Origin: Ylistrum balloti
Taxonomy: Eukaryota
DNA length: 64,000 bases
Direction of reading: 5' to 3'
Assembly (NCBI RefSeq): GCF_031769215.1
Contig: NW_026782720.1
Span: 248,001 to 312,000, forward strand
The notes below the pieces were generated by a model. The model was not told the DNA's origin. It saw only the letters and a program-made list of their open reading frames with translations, and ran no database searches. Shown here piece after piece: positions 13,649 through 26,500 of the stretch. The translations under genes and the position numbers were made by a program. Within the stretch, counting starts at the first letter, position 1, and every line of letters begins with the position of its first letter.

Positions 13649-14234
13649 TAACAATTGTCTTGATTTTCTGCCAAACATTACAATTCATTATAAAAATCAC
13701 TGAATCAAAATGAAGTGAACTAGCTTAACAGTGCATACAGCTTGATTAGTGTGTATTTCATCTATTCAAACAAATTTTCACATTTTATTATGAAAAAACA
13801 AATCCAACCAGGTGATGTATTCTAGTTAATTTATCATATATTACAGTCAAAATTTGGAACTGCCAAACATTTACTCTGAATCAGATGGATTCATTTTGTT
13901 TTCTTATCCTCGAGAAGCGATTCCAGTGTTGAATGGAAAGTTTAGTTGATTTGATACTAAAAAGAGTATGACATCAGCTAGTATGTACACACATCAGCAT
14001 ATGTAATAATGATGTTTTAAGCAATTGAAACTAGGATGTCAAATGTGAAATGATTTACAAAATTTTGTGTACCAATAAATCCTGAAATAAAGAACTTAAT
14101 TTTTTTTAGAAATTGTGTCTTATGTTTTTATATGGATGCTTTAAGTAGGGGTATCCATAACTGTGGACAGAGAATCCACCAGTCTTCAAGTCAATGTAGA
14201 TATACAATACTAACATTCCAAACACAATTCATAT

Positions 14235-16485
14235 TTACAACAAAAAACCATTTATTTCGTTATGAAAGTGTGAAGATACAAAGCAATCTTCAAAAATGAC
14301 ATAACTCTTCTGTTTGATGTAAGCATTCCCAAGAAGTAAAGAACGCGTGAATTTCTGTGGTTTTGGCAATTCCTTGTAATCTAGTAAACCAAAATGTAGC
14401 TGCTTTGTGAAGAAGAGTCGGTCTGGCATGATTGCCAAATACTGAGAGTTGAGACCATGACTGCTTCTTTCTTTGTATATTCGATACGGACTTCTACGAA
14501 ACCTATAGAAGCATGTCAAACAAAACAAATTAATAAATACTAGACCAATCAATGATTGATATTTCGGATGCATTTCACTTGGTTTGCTAAGTTTTACATT
14601 CTTTTTCTCGGAGTCCATATATACAGAGTAGCATAACCAAGGCAGTATTATCAATGACATCAACATCACAAAGTCTCCTGCACGTTTATAAGCCAAAAAC
14701 GAATCACTCACATAGATGAGTTCATACTTCTTCATGCACAAACCATCTTTTTCAGGCTTTGATTTAAGAAGGGGTTTCAATTCAGGGTCCATCTTGAGAA
14801 AGTTTCTTCGTGGCACTATGTGAATCCTCAAAGTGTTTATTCCCAGTAATGTTGTTTTGTCTCTGATACATCTGGACTCTGCAATGCATCGGGTAGGTAA
14901 CTGAAAATAAAAAAAGAACACATAAATATCAAGTATCTTCTACAACACATCAGGAAACTTCAGAAAAATGTCTTCATTTTATCTATATTGGCTTTATTGC
15001 AGAAATGTCTAGATATTTTTCCTATTTATTGATATCACTGCCAACAGTAAATAAATGAAGAGTGACTAAAAAATATTCCTGTTTCAAAGTGTGCTTTAAA
15101 ACTGTCTCTGAAACACAACTTTTGCCCTCAATCATATTTACAAGTAAAAGGCATAAGCAAGGAAAGGTTAACACTAATGTAAAAAATGAGTGCTGAAAAT
15201 ATTAAGTCTTACAATCAAAGACAACCAATCATATTTACATGTATAAGGTATAAGCAAGGAAAGGTAAACACGAACGTGAAAAATGAGTCCTTTGTCAACA
15301 TTTCTCTCAAATAACCTTTTCACAAGAGCTACCAATCAGATTTCAACCAGAATAAAAGTTCTTACAACACAATCGGTAGAAAATTTGGGTGTGATATTTC
15401 GATAACTGCATGGTCACCTTCTTCAGACAAATGATCAGTGTGAAGCATACCAGCACAAACATATGAGATGGTAAGGAATTTACCATCTTTTCAGCTGTAT
15501 AATCCTATAAATTACACCAGATGGTAACCATGTACCATAGCTGATTTGGCTATGCGTTGTTTAATACTTGGTAATAGACGTGCAAGAGTCTATGGCCCCT
15601 CCTTGTCCTTGTTTATTATTGGTCCACTGTGGTGTGTGATGGTATCCTTGACCAGCCGTCTGAACAGGTTGTTTTCCCTGTCAACTATTTAGGAATTTTC
15701 CCAGCCAATATCAAGATTTTGCTGTGTGGAATGACCTCTTAGTGTCGTTTTATTGATATGGGACTCGGAATGCTTTTGCTTTGATCTCGCCAATTTTTGC
15801 CGTCATAGGATTCTGCGTCATTCTGATGTTCATCAAGTTGGACCCTGAAACTCCTGCCAGTTTATCCAATATATGATTCGTAGCCTAATTTGAAGAGAGA
15901 CTTTTTTTCATTATATTACTTTATCAGGTAAGGCACAACCAGAGTTCTCTGGTACAACTTACTCTGACAACGTTAGGAGTTTAACACTGTAAGAAACTTA
16001 CACAGGCGCCTTGTGACATCCCTAAATGCAATCAGGTGGATTATGACCTCTTACACGTATAGGAATTAGGCACAACCCAGAATTTGGGCAATACTTGATA
16101 CCTCTGCATTTGAGTGATAGTTACTTCTTTGAAATTGAGTTTTCAACTAGTTACTCAAATGCCCGTCATTTGACATTTGCATCGAAAAAGGTGTAATCTT
16201 GATCTCGGCTGTTAACTGCGTGTTATCCCCAGCAAAATTTAACCAATAATTTCTGTCTCTACAATGATGATTTGATGTCAATATTCACATTTATTGTGAT
16301 TTTATTGACATTTATTTTCATATGCTTATTTCAGAGTTTCGGTCAATGGCAAAATAAATCATTGGCTTTACCGTATGAAATCTAAGTGAAGTGTCTTGAA
16401 ATCGATATGACATCGCTCTTCCAATCTTAATCAACGTGTGCTTGTTACGAAACAAGCACGATGAAATGCATGTCAGTACGTTCAT
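14235..16485 (-). CDS. 259-aa predicted mitochondrial inner-membrane protein with two TM helices, possibly TMEM70/TMEM186/TMEM223 family
   Basis: Exon 1 16485-16372 (MNVLTCISSCLFRNKHTLIKIGRAMSYRFQDTSLRFHT, basic/hydroxylated presequence-like, donor GTAAAG) joins in phase 0 to exon 2 14900-14235 (acceptor tttcag, ends TAA). Two hydrophobic segments are followed by RIYKE...YLAI...F...D...K-S...F...GF, spaced like the TMEM70 C-terminal domain. Family assignment is by eye only. Confidence 0.7.
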
Positions 16486-16535
16486 GTTTCTGACCGGTGT
16501 CTACCAGGCTACCGTTGTCCTTGTTGGTTTACAGA

Positions 16536-16543
16536 ACTTCCGG
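16536..16543 (-). promoter_or_regulatory. ETS/GABP-type motif CCGGAAGT about 50 bp upstream of the TMEM70-like start codon
   Basis: Exact consensus match. Such sites are common in promoters of nuclear-encoded mitochondrial genes; function here is unproven. Confidence 0.45.
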
Positions 16544-16791
16544 TTAAACCGAACGAAATGAACACACTCCTAGCTGGAGTTGTCGTTCCTTAACCACCTA
16601 TGCATAAAACTCGACAATCACGGGAATAATTCTTTTAAATATCGATGAAACAGTTAAGGCCAAAATAAAAAGAGGCTAACGAGGAAAGTTCCGAAAGTGT
16701 TACTGAAAAAATCTAAAATTCATGGACAACATCCGCATTTTAAATCTGGGTAAATTCAAGCCATTTATGAGGTCGATCCACATATCCAAAT

Positions 16792-18260
16792 TACGAAAGC
16801 CTATTAGTGTCACTTTGAAAAACAAAAAAAAAAACAACCTTTTTTCTCGTTAAAACGCGTTAATTATCTCGTTATAACGCGTTAGTTATCTCGTTAAAAC
16901 GCGTTAGTTATCTCGTTAAAACGTGATAATTATCTCGTTAAAACGCGTTAGTTATCTCGTTATAACACGTTAGTTATCTCGTTAAAACGCGTTAGTTATC
17001 TCGTTAAAACGCGATAATTATCTCGTTAAAACGCGTTAGTTATCTCGTTATAACACGTTAGTTATCTCGTTTAAACGCGTTAGTTATCTCGTTAAAACGC
17101 GATAATTATCTCGTTAAAACGCGTTAGTTATCTCGTTAAAACGAGATAAAATGCGTTATTTATACAGTTATCTATATCTAAGAGATGTGACGTTTACGGT
17201 CAGGCTTCGGAATGAATTCGCTTATTTCTTTCGTGAAGAAGCTATCGGATGAAGTACGAAGGCCTATTAGTGTCACTTTGAAAAGCGAAAAAAAACCTTT
17301 TTTCTCATTAAAAAACGTTAATTATCTGGTTATAACGCGTTAGTTAAACGCGTTAATTATCTCGTTAAAACGCGCTAGTTATTTCGTTAAAACGCGATAG
17401 TTATCTCGTTAAAACGCGTTAGTTATCTCGTTAAAACGCGATAATTATCTCGTTAAAACGCGTTAGTTATCTCGTTAAAACGCGATAATTATCTCGTTAA
17501 AACACGTTAATTATTTTTTGGTCATGTCTTTAGGCTAGAAACTAGCTATTACATTTGAGAAGCAAACATATCAATTAACAAGTTAATTTCTCCATCTTCT
17601 GACTCCCTTCATCCGATAGCTTCTTCACGAAAGAAATAAGCGAATTCATTCCGAAGCCTGACCGTAAACGTCACATCTCTCAGATATAGATAACTGTATA
17701 AATAACGCATTTTATCTCGTTTTAACGAGATAACTAACGCGTTATAACGAGATAACTAACGCGTTTTAACGAGATAATTATCGCGTTTTAACGAGATAAC
17801 TAACGCGCTATAACGAGATAATTAACGCGTTTTAACAAGAAAAAAAGTTTTTTTTTTTGTTTTTCAAAGTGACACTAATAGGCTTTCGTAGATGAAGGGA
17901 GTCAGAAGATGGAGAAATTAACTTGTTAATTGATATGTTTGCTTCTCAAATGTAATAGCTAGTTTCTAGCCTAAAGACAGGACCAAAAAATAATTAATGC
18001 GTTTTAACGAGATAATTATCGCGTTTTAACGAGATAACTAACGCGTTTTAACGAGATAATTATCGCGTTTTAACGAGCTAACTAATGCGTTTGAACGAGA
18101 TAACTATCGCGTTTTAACGAGATAATTAACGCGTTTTAACGAGATAACTATCGCGTTTTAACGAGGTCACTAACGCGTTATAACCAGATAATTAACGTTT
18201 TTTAATGAGAAAAAAAGGGTTTTTTTTCGCTTTTCAAAGTGACACTAATAGGCCTTCGTA
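16792..18260. mobile_element. Foldback-type non-autonomous DNA transposon (outer copy) with long TIRs containing 21-bp tandem repeats
   Basis: Termini TACGAA(A/G)GCCTATTAGTGTCACTTTGAAAA and its reverse complement; arms of (gttatctcgttaaaacgcgtt(a))n; CCAAAT flanks both ends (16786-91, 18261-66). Confidence 0.85.
17255..17890. mobile_element. Second copy of the same foldback element, inserted in opposite orientation in the centre of the outer copy
   Basis: Same termini; GATGAAG duplicated at 17248-54 and 17891-97; the central spacer is the reverse complement of the interrupted spacer of the outer copy. Confidence 0.85.
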
Positions 18261-20417
18261 CCAAATAGATTATTTTTTAAAAAAAAAGGGGGGGGGAGGC
18301 GTAGACTCATCTCCACCGTTTAGTCTACTGAAACTGCTTCGTCTAAACTCAGGAAAAAAAAGGTAAGCATTTAAAATCCTTATATCCCCCTTTGTCTCAA
18401 AGGAAATTAAGGGAATGGGGGATCACATACACCATCATACAAAAGAAAAGTGTTCCCGCCACCAAAATTTAGATAAAATTCGATCATTCGTACAGAAAAA
18501 GAAGGATTTTAATTTGGGCCCCGCTCGATTTCATTTACAGCATCTACTACGCGTATCCCCAAGGACTGGATATCAACATCATACATGTGTTTTGGGTTTG
18601 GCGGCGATACAATCCAAGAAGTTGTTTCCAGAATGGATAAAGTTGGTTCCTACAAGCATTCAGAGGAACTCGACGTTTAGGAAATTGTATGTATGCCAAG
18701 GAAGTCAAAAGGTCGTCAAAGTTTCATTTTATGTTAATATTCTAAGGAGCCGTCCTGTGTATTTCTGCCATGTCACTATGACAACGTTTATCAACTTATT
18801 TTTTATATCAACAAGTAGGCTTGTGCATTAGCTGACGAAAATCAGTGAAACTTTGTGTCACAAGGAGGGTTTAGCGCCTTCTGCTTCTTAGCCGAATCCA
18901 AGCGATGTCATGTCCTCCCCAAATAGGATGCTAGAAAATAACGACACTTTCAGGTATATAGCACCAAACACATGTAATTTTATATCAAACAATGATTTAC
19001 ATGTAATATTCAGAACACACGGGGACTAAAAATACTACAGCCAAGATCTCGATGTGTCCGGGACAACTTAAGTGCAGTGCACAGTTGTATCTGGTAAAAA
19101 GAAAGAGGAACCCAGGAGACACTTCTACCACAATGCTAGAAGTCTCCTAGTCATCTCCCATAGAGAATATTTTATGGTCGAATTGGAGTGATCTGGAGGA
19201 TATCTAAACATATCTCTGTTATTATCTTATAGTTTTCATGTAGCACCCTGTTAAATTTGTGTGTATTTAAATTCAACGTATTATGTTTATATATGGGCTA
19301 TTTGCATTATTAGATAAATAGTTTGTGCCAGTTTTACCGATGTTATATGTGCGGGTTCCTGAATGCCGTACCGCGTCCGGTTCATTACTTTCGTTTTTGT
19401 ATTTGTATAAAGCAGACTTACGGTAGGCCCTGAACATGTATACGGGGACGGTACATGTATTGTCCGCAATTGACCATTGGCGACTTTACTCCGACCTGTG
19501 ACTTGCGCAATGCGTTCTTTGTTTCCTTTCCCCGCGCTACTCTTTCTCTCTATCTTCTCTACACTTAAACGCTGGTATTCTAGGGAACAAGATGTCCATT
19601 CTCCTCTGACCGCTCCAGGACTTTTTGAGAATATTATATACATATTTCCATGTCCCCAACACCATATGCAGGGTAAGCAGAATCATTTGATGTTCGTTTA
19701 AACTTGCTTATAAGAAGATCTCAGAATATATTTTCCTTCTATTTATTCCTTTAAAGTATCTTTATTGTACGTAAGATGCCGCCAGGGTCATTTGGTATTG
19801 GTAATAATAATGTTAGTAAGTCTATTTATATACATGTAGCTGTAAATATATGTAACTGGAATGGTATTTTACCGATTCCTATTTCTCAAGATTGTATGTA
19901 ATTGTTTGAACCAGTATAAGGAATATCCAAATTGTAATCACACTTCAGTCCAAGTGATTAGCATTCCCGCTATTTTGGGTTCGTTCGATCAGGGCTTTAT
20001 TGATAGTATTTTATTATTTGTATTTTAAGGACGAACTTCAAACTTCTGAATTATAGATTTTTACCAAGAATAAAACATAGAAATGTAACGCTGACTTCGA
20101 CTCGTCTGTCCGCACCGCAAAGAACGACCCTAGGAACAACACACACTTTAACGTTCATATAATGCAAAACATTACACTAACTTTCCTTATCAGAAAAAGT
20201 TATATTAAAACCGTTTGAAAGTACACACGGAAGAAAACCCACATACCTACAAAAAGTATGATAATTACGAAAGTGGCCAAGGAAGTTATAACTATGAGTA
20301 AGACTTGTTAAAAAGAATGATGGGATTGGGAGAGAGTCCTATTACTTAGAAGGGGTAAGACTCGCCTTGTTTATGTTACCTAGAGAAGATAAGAACGAGT
20401 ACGGGAGGGGCGCCATG

Positions 20418-20630
20418 ATCCTATTACCCGTCCTGACGTAAAGTGTTGCTTGTTAGCGAGGATAAGACGGGGCACCATGTTCCAGTTACCCGTCCTGTCG
20501 TACAAAAATGTATGTAAGTGAGGATAAGACGGGGGCGTCATGTTCCTGTTACCCGTCCTGACGTGAAGTTCTGCTTGTAAGTGAGGATAAGACGTGGACG
20601 CCATGTTCCTGTTACCCGTTCTGACGTAAA
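20418..20630. repeat. ~62-bp degenerate tandem repeat, about 4 copies
   Basis: Recurrent gataagacggggcgccatgttcctgttacccgtcctgacgt. Confidence 0.8.
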
Positions 20631-20807
20631 GTACCAGTCCCTATCAGAGTTGTTTAAGAGATTGGTTGAGTACTGTTAGCAATCTCCATTGAAGAACATT
20701 ATTAACATTTAACTCTATCTATTTTACACCCGTTACGAAACTAGTTTTTTTCTCTAATTTATGTAAATCACTCTTGTTGGCCCGGGTGGAAGCGTTCGAG
20801 TGGTCTT

Positions 20808-21830
20808 ACTGTATTGTATATCCGTAATATCATGACAGGGCCCTTTATTTTATATCTGTGACACCATGACAGCGTCCTGTTTAGAATTTCTGTGTCCTTT
20901 GTTGTATATCAGTGATATGATAATAATAATCTCTATTTTCTGAGGATTACATATTTAGCCAACGACTAATCTTCCATATGGTCCTCTTGTTAGTAAAATA
21001 CAGTATATATGTGTTGGTTAAAAGTTACATATTGTATATACATAGTAAACCTGTAGTAACAAAGCAAGACATCACAGATAACAATTCGGATTGGAATTGG
21101 ATAATATTAAATCAATTTAAACAGCTCCAGTCTTATACACATATATAATAGTGTAGCAAAGAAAAAGAAAAATGACATAAGAAAATACCAATGATATAAA
21201 AATGTGTGTTGACAATGTTGACACACGATATACACTGGAGGATAGACAGTTAATTATGGGTTAAAAGTTTTATAGGTAAGACAATAGGATAATAATCTGC
21301 TAAAATAATGAATAGACTTAATACAGTTCTTTAGAGAATTTTAATATGAAATCTGATCATCAATGCTCCAGGAGGTGATTGCTGAGGGCACGTTTAAAGG
21401 AGGCAAAACGTGTTGCCGTCCTTATCTCATTCGGCAAATTGTTCCAGAGTTGGCTTCCTGCAACTACAAAATTATTGCCATGAAACTTGGTACAATGTTT
21501 AGGAATATTTAGAATATTGCTACGGCCTGATCCTGTGCATCTGGTATGGATATCAGATCTTAAGTTAAACAAACTACATAGATATTCTGACAACATCCTG
21601 TATTGTATATCCGTGTCACCATGACAACACCCTGTATTGTATACTCTTGATATAATGACAACGCCATGTATTGTATATCTGTGTCACCATGGCAACTTCC
21701 TAAATTGGATATCTGTCACCATGACAACTGCTGTATTGTATATCCGTTATATCATGGCAACGTGTTGTTATAACTTGTACTGCTACCCTGCTATCGTGAC
21801 AACGTCCTCTATGTTCCGGCCATGTCACAA
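20808..21830. repeat. ~34-bp degenerate minisatellite interrupted by a LINE fragment
   Basis: tgtattgtatatccgtgtcaccatgacaacaccc-like units at 20808-20920 and 21593-21830. Confidence 0.7.
20921..21592 (-). mobile_element. 5'-truncated L2/CR1-clade LINE (ORF2 C-terminus plus 3'UTR)
   Basis: Translation ...F-VAGSQLWNNLPNEIRTATRFASFKRALSNHL is the typical post-RT tail of L2/CR1 ORF2. The minus strand ends in (ATT)n after a 3' motif ctaacaagaggaccatatggaagattag. Confidence 0.8.
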
Positions 21831-22367
21831 TGACAAAGTACTACTTTCGTTGTATACCCAACATGACTTTTATGGTGTATTAACCGACAATGTTTTGTTA
21901 ATTTAGTATAAAGCTGAAAAGTCTTTCCTCTTTCACGTACCAGCTAGCTTTATGCACCAGAAGCCAACAGGTGTTTTTTTCTGACCTGTTGTAGGTGACT
22001 CATTAGCCTGACAGAAACCAAAAGAAATCTAATTAACTAAAATTTAAAAAATTCTGAAGACACAGATATGGTAGAATCAAATATTACTCATTCGACATTA
22101 ATGGAAGGTTTTTTTTCACCACAGTGCCCCGAAACTCCCCCTCGGGTTTGGAAAAGTTTACTCTAATTTATACAGGAAAATGACCTTGTTGAGAAAATAT
22201 TGTTTAATTACCATTGGAAACAGTTCATTGTTCGTTAGATTGGCGTGTCAGGTAATGCTATGCATTACACGTGTAATGTAGTTCAGGTGATCTCACTTTG
22301 TTAACGGGATGATTTCTATGACATGTATTGAGATCAGGTGACCGATAATGCTCCTCTGCCTCTTTTT

Positions 22368-22800
22368 ATTATTTGGTATTTACGTAAATTATACTGGTTA
22401 AAACAGTATTCATTATTTGATATTTACGTAAATTATACTGGTAAAAACAGTATTTATTATTTGGTATTCACGTAAATTATACTGGTAAAACAGTATTTAT
22501 TATTTGGTATTCACGTAAATTATACTGGTAAAAACTGTATTTATTATTTGGTATTCATGTAAATTATACTGGTAAAAACAGTATTTATTATTTGGTATTC
22601 ACGTAAATTATACTGGTAAAACAGTATTCATTATTTGATATTTACGTAAATTATACTGGTAAAAACTGTATTTATTATTTGGTATTCACGTAAATTATAC
22701 TGGTAAAAACAGTTTTTATTATTTGATATTTACGTAAATTATACTGGTAAAAACAGTATTCATTATTTGGTATTTACGTAAATTATACTGGTAAAACAGT
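22368..22800. repeat. 43-44-bp minisatellite, about 10 copies
   Basis: Unit attatttggtatt(t/c)acgtaaattatactggtaaaaacagtatt(c/t). Confidence 0.9.
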
Positions 22801-23578
22801 GAATTTCGCCTGTATCACAACGGGAACACGTGGAAGGAGGCATTAATTCCACGCGCCATTGTAGGCCCATGTATTAAAGAGTGATGATCAGAAACATTTC
22901 ATTCTTGGTAGTTTGACTCGCAGAGTTATCTGTGATGTCTTATATTACTAATTGCCTTCTTGAAATATAAGCGGAGCTCCATTGCTGGCCATTTTATCAT
23001 ATCTAACCATAATGAAATACTATTTAAGAAGTTGAAGATTCGTCTGGTTTCCATCACCGATTTGCTCTGGTGTTAACATATATATACAATGACCAGGAGT
23101 CCAGCTCATCTAACAAGGTCTGTAACATTTCGGATCGGACACATTCTTCACTTATCATCAGTCTGTACACCAGTTTATTATATACATATATCTTATATTT
23201 ATAAAGATGAGATAAACATTTTCCCAGCCATTCCGCTTCTTTTAAACACTAAGCCTGCTTGATTTCCCTAGCCTGTATGTGTCTGTCGAGATCCTCAATA
23301 CTTAGTGGGATTTGTGTACAAACAACAGCAACGGTGTATATGAAGTATGTCTAAGCGACGTTTGTAACATCAGGAAACAGGGCGACCCACGTTGGTAGGG
23401 TTATGTCCGGATATTGATGTGTATAGTCGACCGTACAGCTGCGGAAACGATGTCTCATTACACACTGTGTAGCTAGTTGACTGCTGCACTGGTTCGCACG
23501 TCCAAACGACACTATTTAACAATCTGTGGTTATTGTACGGCACGATCAGAGGGGTGAAACGTGTGCCACACTGCCAAG

Positions 23579-26500
23579 ATGGCAGACGACAGTGTAGAGG
23601 AAGAGAGGAAGATAAAGGTGACGGCGGTGGGAGACTGTGGGGTGGGGAAAACTTGTCTCCTCATGACTTATGCCACTAACAAATTCCCCGATAGTGACGT
23701 CCCCGGACTTTACGAATGCAGTCAAACTGTAAAAGGTAGGCGCGCGCTTATATTCCTTTTGAAATGAGTGTATTTTTAATATTTGTATTACAGATAAGGA
23801 ACGCAAATAAGTATCAATCATATGTATGCACGCCCAGTGAATAAACAAAAGGTTTCTTTAGAAAATGAATGATACGATGAGTTTTGTGAAACGAATAACG
23901 ACAACAATGCAGAAATCAAAACTTACCAATGAAGGAATGGCACGCTGTGATATCATACTACATGTATAATCACACCCTGTCTACTTCGTTCTAGCCTACA
24001 TGAGAACTGAACACCATACTCTTTTGATTATCATCGTAATGGTTTGTTCTTTAAATCAATTTCTTGAATTGCAGTTTCTTTAGAGGTACAAGGGAAAGTT
24101 ACGTCTTTACAGTTGTTGCAGTGATCAAATCGTGCTCTTCCTGTTTTCATCGCCAATGTTAGGTCTAAGTGTTTTGGGTTTTTTTAACCATTGCCATGTC
24201 CTGTTATTATGTAAAGGCGCGAGGTCATATATTGTCCCCGTAATCAAGGTCACATCTTATTTTCCGTCGTAATCATCAAGGTCACATCTTATTTTCCGTC
24301 GTAATCATCAAGTTCCCATCTTATTTTCTGTCGTAATCATCAAGGTCAAGGTCACATTTTATTTGTTGTTCTGATCTTTAAGGTCATATATATCATTTCC
24401 TTACTTTGTGCATGAAATTTAATTACTATTTCGAACCGGGCATTTCTTTTCTTCATTCAATAAGCCGTCCTGATTTAACCTGTCAAGGTCATGATAAAGG
24501 TCTTGATGGCAATTCTTGTGACCAGGCGGTGCCTTTTTTCGTCGTTTCTAGGATCCTGTTCACGCCAAGCTGTTGCTGTACAAATGACACATGTGGTCTA
24601 TATAAAGCTTTAATTACCGATGAAAATCGTCGTTGCCATGGCAGGGTTGATATGCTTAAACGTAGTTTTCAAGTGCAAAAGCACTTTATTTTGATGGTCA
24701 ATTAGATATGCATGCTACGCACGACACCATTGCTGAGCACACCAGGTCAAACTGCACTCAAATTCCAAATAATGTATTCCGCGGGATAGAAATTATATCA
24801 CAGTAGTCAATGCTAAATATATGTGTGTTTTCCATGTCAAGCGATTTAAAAAAGATGTATTTCCATTCTAGAATAAATGCGTTTTTCTATACTCGAGTGT
24901 CACTAAAATTCACAACTTGATGACCGACTTCCTGTGTTTGACTTCCTGTAATGTACACACAGACCTTCGCCGATCACGCGTACCGTGTGTGCAACGTTAG
25001 TTTCTTAAAATCCATTAACAGTATAGTTGAAGACATATTCATCTAGACTCGGCCCACTTCGTGTCGTATTAGCACTTTAGTTGCCTAAGCAAATCGGTTT
25101 TTAAACATTTTTTTGTTCAATGATATAACACACATACACACTATGTTATTATACAATATGGGGAAATAAGTTTTACACTCGTTATGCTGTCAGTAATATT
25201 TTAGTCTCCTACACAAACTTAATTCGTATAACTTAATAGTAAAAGTTGAGTATCCTACACAACCTCAGTTTATATAAAATAAATAGTAACATTTTAACCC
25301 CCTACACAACCTGTCTGTAAAATTGAATTGTAAAATTTTAACCCCCTACACAACCTGTCTGTAAAATTGAATTGTAAAGTTTTAACCCCCTACACAAACC
25401 CAGTCTGTATAATTACATAGTATCATTTTAGTCCCGTAACCAACCTCAGTCTGTATAATTACATAGTATCATTTTAGTCCCGTAACCAACCTCATTTTGT
25501 ATGATTAAATAGCAGTCAATCAATAGACAACCCCGGTTTTTAATTTTTAGTAATAAATTAAGTTGCCTGGACAATCCATTGTTTGTGTTGTCAGTATCAC
25601 ACTAGTTATCAATACAATCAACTGCGAATTGCAGCATATAGTTTAGAGTTGCCCAGACAACCCAGTTTGTTTTGTTAGAAGTATTTTAGTTATTCAGTTT
25701 CAGTTTTATATAGTTTAACATTATAGTTGCCTTGACAACGCAGTTTGTTTTGTTAGAAGCTTTTTAGTTATTCAGACAGTTGCAGTATTATATAGTTTAA
25801 CATTATAGTTGCCATGACAACTCCAGTATGTATTGTTAGAAGTATTTTTATAACCCAGACAGTTCCAGATTTATATAGTGTAACATTATAGTTGCCTTGA
25901 CAACGCAGTTTGTTTTGTTAGAAGTATTTTAATAATACAGTTCCTGTATTATATATTGTTACATTACAGTTGCCCTGTATGGTTAGAAGCATTTAATTTG
26001 TCGTTAATGTACCTCCCCACCTAGATTTTGACACGTCTATCTTTGTATTTACCTCAGTCACATCCCTGGTTACAAATTGTTGGCATTTAACAGTCGCATG
26101 ATGCGGGTTGATTAAGGTTTTAGCTCTGTTGTATCTAATTCTAAATTTGTATTGAAAGGTGCTATCCGACGGGGTATATGTGTATAATTTATTGTACAGA
26201 CACCAATTAGTCAAACGTTTGTATTGTTGTATCGCTTATAGTTGACTGTTTTATGTCACACTTTGAAGATAGCTCCACAGGACAAAACATAAATCGGATT
26301 AAATGAACATAATGAACGTTGTATAAATCTCTCTCTAATAAAGTTATCTGTCACACTGTACGAGATGATGGTTCGGTCACGTGATTTCCTGTACATATGA
26401 AATCCACATTCTACGACACACACATACACACACATGTACGTACTGATGTACAACGCCTTACCCAGGAAGAAACGTTCATCGATTTTCAGTCATTCAACAT

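Noticed and set aside
12400-15480. Similar segments at about 12510-12550 and 15415-15455 (inverted) and at about 12858 and 15349 (direct)
   Set aside because: These are probably old copies of a dispersed repeat; I could not define ends or a family.
24084-24123. Candidate Rho exon 2 reading EVQGKVTSLQL
   Set aside because: It hits TGA before any DTxG motif and has no donor; 37384-37472 supplies the G3 motif with correct phases.
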